Below are positions 58,261 to 64,000 of a stretch of DNA of 64,000 nucleotides, piece by piece. The translations under genes were made by a program, and so were the position numbers. Source of the DNA: Eledone cirrhosa (lineage: Eukaryota); the NCBI GenBank assembly GCA_964016885.1, contig OZ024741.1:85622001-85686000 (forward strand). The letters run 5' to 3'. Below the pieces are notes generated by a model that was not told the DNA's origin, ran no database searches, and worked only from the letters and a program-made list of their open reading frames with translations. The first letter of the stretch is position 1, and each line of letters starts with the position of its first letter.

Positions 58261-60434
58261 TACGTGCATGTATATGAATGCATGACGTGTGTTTTCGCGT
58301 ATGCACGTGTATGTACGTATATAGATGTGTGTAAATACGTAAGCGCACGCACACACATACCTACAGGTAAATACACATATGTTCACCAAACGTACATCGA
58401 CCAAAACTCAATGTACACATATACACACTTTACATACGCGCATACACACACAAACACAAAATACACATATTCACATAACCATATACACATATACCAGTAT
58501 ATAATATAATATATACACCTATAACAAATACAAGCATATGTACGTACGAGAAAGTATACGTACCTTCACAAAACAAACGGGTAAGATATACTTACCTATA
58601 CAAATAAGTAATGGTATAAACATAAATATACTTAGCTACCACATCAAGACGTAAATTATCCGCGTATTGTTCTTACTATCCATTAGGATATAATGTGGGG
58701 CTGTAATACAGGAACGTTTTATGTAATTTGTGTTTAAATCGCTATGGACTATGCCAAGTAGGAAGTCATTGTTAATGTAAATAAACATTTCGTATATTAT
58801 TCAATACACAAACCTAGTCATGTATCAATCATGCTATCTCAGAGTATTACTACCCTCGTATATATATGTGTGTCTGTAAGCATGTGAGTGTGTATGTGTG
58901 TGTTATTTATATATGCATGTGTATGTATATAGATATTTTCCATCTAACTATTTTCCATTTCACTCACCCGCCGGGATATTATGATGACGAAACGAACTTC
59001 TTAAACACCAGGCTACGCTACGTCCACTTAATATAACAGCTGATACCTACTCGTCAACATTTGTATAAACAAATATGCCTTTCTTATTTTGTGTACACAT
59101 AGATATCGTTTTTTATTTTGTTTCTTTTGTTTTGCGTGACACAAATTCAAGACACACTATTCATATCAAATTGATCGATATCTTAAAATCCTATTATTAA
59201 TTTTCAGTTATCGTTCAGTAAAAGACATGGGTCATTCATATTATATAACTAGATATTGCCTTACAAATTTGTTTCTTCTTATTTTATGTGTTTTCTGCGT
59301 TTGATTTATTTTTTTAGTTGATACCTGATTATGATGAATATGTATCACGCTTACCTTTACTCTTCCCTAAAATATATGTTAATTAGAACGTAGTATTAAG
59401 TATATATATATATAGGAAATTACACGATAGTAGATATCATCTCTGTAAAGTCTCCATTCCAGTTCCATCAAGACGAAGTAAAATAAAGTGTCGAGTTCAA
59501 TGCACCAACTTCACCTAGAATCGAACTCATGCTCATATGATTGTGAACCCAGCATCCACAACGACTAAGCTATGCGACGTCATGGCGCCTAGAGCTCCGA
59601 TTTTATTAATCTTGTGTGTACGTGTAAATCCCTGGAATTTGTTGGGTGTTTGCTTTGCAACCTTTACGTAATTCCCAAGGCAAATGGTATTATTGATGCG
59701 ATTGTTTCTATTTTCAATCTCCACATTGTTATTATCTCTGCATTTCCAAATCTTTATATTTAGATAATTTCTACATTTCTTTTACATGCATTTTATAATC
59801 TGCTGGGACTCACGGTTCGATTAGTAAGGCGCTTTCTTTGTTGGTGGCCCTTATCAATAATATCCGGTCGATTAGCTTTGATTTCTCTTTCTCTGTGGAT
59901 TGGCATATCTCAGAGTGTGGGCGCTTTGTAATTCTCTAAGATATTTACAGCTATGTTTAAACCCTCCTCTCTTCTGTCAGCTTTCACAATGCTGGCGTAA
60001 TTTGCAGTGTATGAAAGCCTACAACTTTGTCATGCCTATATGTGAATTCTCTCTTGGTTGTTACTGGGCAGCCAAAGACAATATAGTTAATTGCTTCTTC
60101 TCAAAATAATCTCCAGTAGCATAATTCCATCTGCTTCATGCTTTTGGTAATTTCTTCTTAGAAAGGCTTAGATCCTGTGCTGCAATAAAAATTGAATAAC
60201 TCATTTCGTATCAACTTTGAATCCTAAACTTTGCAGTCAGTACTGGGAGTTTTTCTTTATCTAATTCTCCTAGTCAGTTTTGAGAGATTTTCCAGCTATC
60301 GTTTTAGCGTTTTAGCATGACATTCTGTGACACGATTAAACATTTATTCTTTTATTCTTACATTGGTTTCTGTATAAGGCTGGCAGCCGTGCTGTGGTAC
60401 CACTGTGATTTAGTCGATGATATCAACTCCAGAT

Positions 60435-60590
60435 AGGCAGCGAATTGGTAGAATCGTTAGAACATCAAATAGATGCTTTGCAATATTCGTTCCGACTCTC
60501 TGTCCTCTGAGTTCAAATCCCATCGAGGTCAACTTTGCCTTTCACTCAAGGTCAATAAAATGTAACCGTCTAGTACAGGGGTCGATTATT
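60435..60590 (+). mobile_element. SINE family 1, old degenerate copy
   Basis: GGCAGCGAATTGGTAG..GAGTTCAAATCC..GGTCAACTTTGCCTTTCA. Confidence 0.65.
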
Positions 60591-61486
60591 CCTCTATATC
60601 TCTTTCTCACTTCCTTTCTCTCATTCTCAATCCTTCTCTGGAAGAAACCTGCTGTATTCAGACATGGAGAGGAGATGGGCTCCGCCAGATTTTAAAATGC
60701 CCTAGAAACGCCATATGTCAATATGACGCCCAACGACTCCTTCGGGAATTACGGATCAATATATACATACATACATCAACCTCAGTTAACGATTCAAGTA
60801 GACATTTTTTTCAAGTCTGGTCCTTTCAACGATCTTATTTTGTTGAATTGTTAATTCAAACCATAAATACACACATAAATATATATATATGGGATGGGGT
60901 TTCCACAAACATAACGCGATTTTCTCTATTATTTATAGCGGTCAATTATTGTGATTACTAACAACTAACAGAAAAACCACCTTTCGGGTGGTTTTCTGCT
61001 AGCATGTGTAGTGTGCCTATTATACGCAAATATACATGCATGTAGATATGATACGTCAAATAAAATCGTAATTGAGAATATGTACAGAAATATGCACAGA
61101 AATTGAATAGAGACTGTGTTGCACTCTCTTTTGTAATCAGTACATTAATCCACAGACGATATTATATATAAATTACATTACGGCGAAATGTTATGAAAAC
61201 GAAAAAGGAGAAAATTAACGACGGAAATATAAACGTTATATAACGATGTAAATATATGAACGTTTATATAAGCGTGCGGCTATATGTGTTATGATATAAC
61301 GGACACTAACCTTAAAATAAGCAATACATTATATATAAGAATATTTATGTTTAATCAAGAGCTACGAAATTACATAATATTCATTCATGGTTTATTCAAA
61401 TTAATCCAATTTATTTTAATAACCTGTTCAGAAAAAATATCCTTGTCACAATCCCGCAGTCCTCCAATCATTATATATTAGATTGT

Positions 61487-61643
61487 CGGTGGATTGGCAG
61501 TATCGGTAGAGGGTCGGACGCCATGCTTTGCAGCACAGTTACGTCCCTCTACGGTCTGAGTTCAAATCCCGCCGAGGTTCACTTTGCCTTCCATCCTTAC
61601 GGGGTCGATAAAATAAAGTACCAGTAATACACTGGGATAATTG
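61487..61643 (+). mobile_element. SINE family 1
   Basis: Consensus match. Confidence 0.85.
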
Positions 61644-61871
61644 TCATTTCTTCGGGAATGCACACATTTCATTTTTTTTTTTCGATGCTTTGTAAGTGCA
61701 TATATATATCTGTGGTGGTCCACCAATGCTAGGAACGCTTAAAAATATCCATCCACTAACATTCTTAAATAACATGGATTGTACTATTTCGGTGAATACC
61801 ATTATTGCTAATCTTTCTCCCTTCTCATTCTATATCCCTTTTACTCTCTCCTTCTCTTTCTCTCCTCTCCC

Positions 61872-61951
<80 letters not shown>

Positions 61952-62993
61952 GAATCTCGTAATACACATCCAACTAGGTATAGCACTCAATCTAGAGGAC
62001 GACTTATGTTACAATATTTTTATTACAATACATTATCCGTATACACGTGTCTCTTCCAAGTGATAGGATAAATTAGAAAATATGTTCACAAACATATGCA
62101 TACTTTTAGGTTAAAAAATTTACTTCGCAGCCAAGTGGTTCTGGGTTTAGTCCCACTGTGCAGCATCTTGAGAAAGTGTCTTCTATTATATTATAAATTC
62201 GAGTTTACCAGTTGACCAATATCTTGTGAGTGTAATTTGGTAGACGCAGACTTGCAGAAGCTTGTCGTATATGTGTTTAAGAGTGCTGACCAAGGGTGTC
62301 TTTGAGAACATGTATGTATGTGTCTATCTAACTAAGTTTGTGTCTGTGACTGCGTTTATATCGCATAACTTAGCGGTTCGACAAAAAGAACTCAATAAAA
62401 TAACTACTTAACTTGAAAAAAAAGTACTCGGATCGACATGACCGTCCAAAAAAACTTTAAGGTGGTACCTCAACATGACAACCGTCTAATGAAAAAAACC
62501 AGTAAAAGACTAAATAAATATCAACCTTATATCAAGTACTGGAGAACTCGATATAATTGACTAAAATAACCTTAGCGACATTGCTCATAGCATGACTGCA
62601 AGCCCAATGACTGAAACCAGTGAAACTTTACAACGATAAAAAAATGTATCAGAAACGAAAATAAAACGAAAGTAAAAATATCTGCAAAACATAACAGATA
62701 GTTGGATAAGTATAGAATACGTTCACAAACATTACATTAATAATATCATAATATTTTCTAGAACCTTTCATTACATTGAAGAAGTATTCTTTAATATGAT
62801 CAGTCGTCTGCCTAAGGTTAGAACAATCAAACATTGCATTTGTTCTTGTCGTCCACCCTCACCACCACCACAACAACTACTACCACCACCACTACAACAA
62901 CATCATCCACCCACCACCACCACCACTATCACTTTCCAGCTTAATTCATGTTTCTGATGTAATATACACACAACATTATATTGAAATAAAGAC

Positions 62994-63069
<76 letters not shown>

Positions 63070-63112
63070 GTCTTTATCTATATATATATATATATATATA
63101 TACACGTCTTTA

Positions 63113-63166
<54 letters not shown>

Positions 63167-63216
63167 CATACATATCTGTGTGTGTATATATATATATATG
63201 CATATGTTTATATATA

Positions 63217-63251
<35 letters not shown>

Positions 63252-63376
63252 ACATATGCATATAGATGCATATGTATTTATATACATACATATATATATG
63301 TGTGTGTGGGGGTGTATGCATATGAATACACATACATATATATTTCTGTACATATATATATATATATCTATATATG

Positions 63377-63470
<94 letters not shown>

Positions 63471-63531
63471 GCACGTGGTTGTACGTTTGCATTTGATTGC
63501 TTATATGCGTTCGTAAGTTTGTTTGTTAATT

Positions 63532-63596
<65 letters not shown>

Positions 63597-64000
63597 ATGT
63601 ACGTATATTCTTGCATGTTACCGCATAAGTGTTCGCACGTTCACTTAACCTAGAGCGTAAACAGTTATGTCGCCTGTATCAAAGCCGTCATTTGGATTCT
63701 ACTTACTTCAGGCTATAATTCAGATTCTTCATCCTTTCCTTCCACGGTACAACCAAACTATGTTTAAATATGTGTGTTTACAACTATCGAATTTGCTTAG
63801 ATAAATCAATATGCAATACGCCAGATGACATCTTCAGAAATGGTAACTTTTAGGCTTTCTTTATTGATGTATGCACATCGTGTGCACAAAAAAACACATA
63901 ATATTACACACAGACATATGTGCATACATATACACACATAAAAACCATAGAAGTATTCATAGATACATACGTGGAAACACGCACACACAAAAATATAAAA

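Overview
AT-rich, microsatellite-saturated animal DNA with no host exon I can recognise. The SINE and LINE repertoire suggests an octopus or other cephalopod genome (inference). Almost all ORF-track entries are (TA)n/(CA)n/(CATA)n artefacts. The real coding remnants are all retroelements: three families of Penelope-like elements (PLEs; RT plus C-terminal GIY-YIG with a CxCx5Cx5C linker, i.e. Hydra-type), two RTE LINE fragments plus an internally deleted RTE derivative, and an R4/Dong-type RLE fragment. There are also many tRNA-derived SINEs. Main observation, read by eye on both strands: about 25 type I hammerhead ribozyme (HHR) motifs from about 13 unrelated sequence families, mostly in inserts bounded by (TA)n. 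They occur in the PLE pseudo-LTRs, in non-coding tandem arrays with 480-740 nt units (retrozyme-like), and in head-to-head fold-back inserts whose 3' ends both face the TA tract. Several families carry variant cores (U3-A8, U4A, U4C, non-canonical 10.1-11.1). All ribozyme calls are manual folds and are not experimentally or computationally validated.
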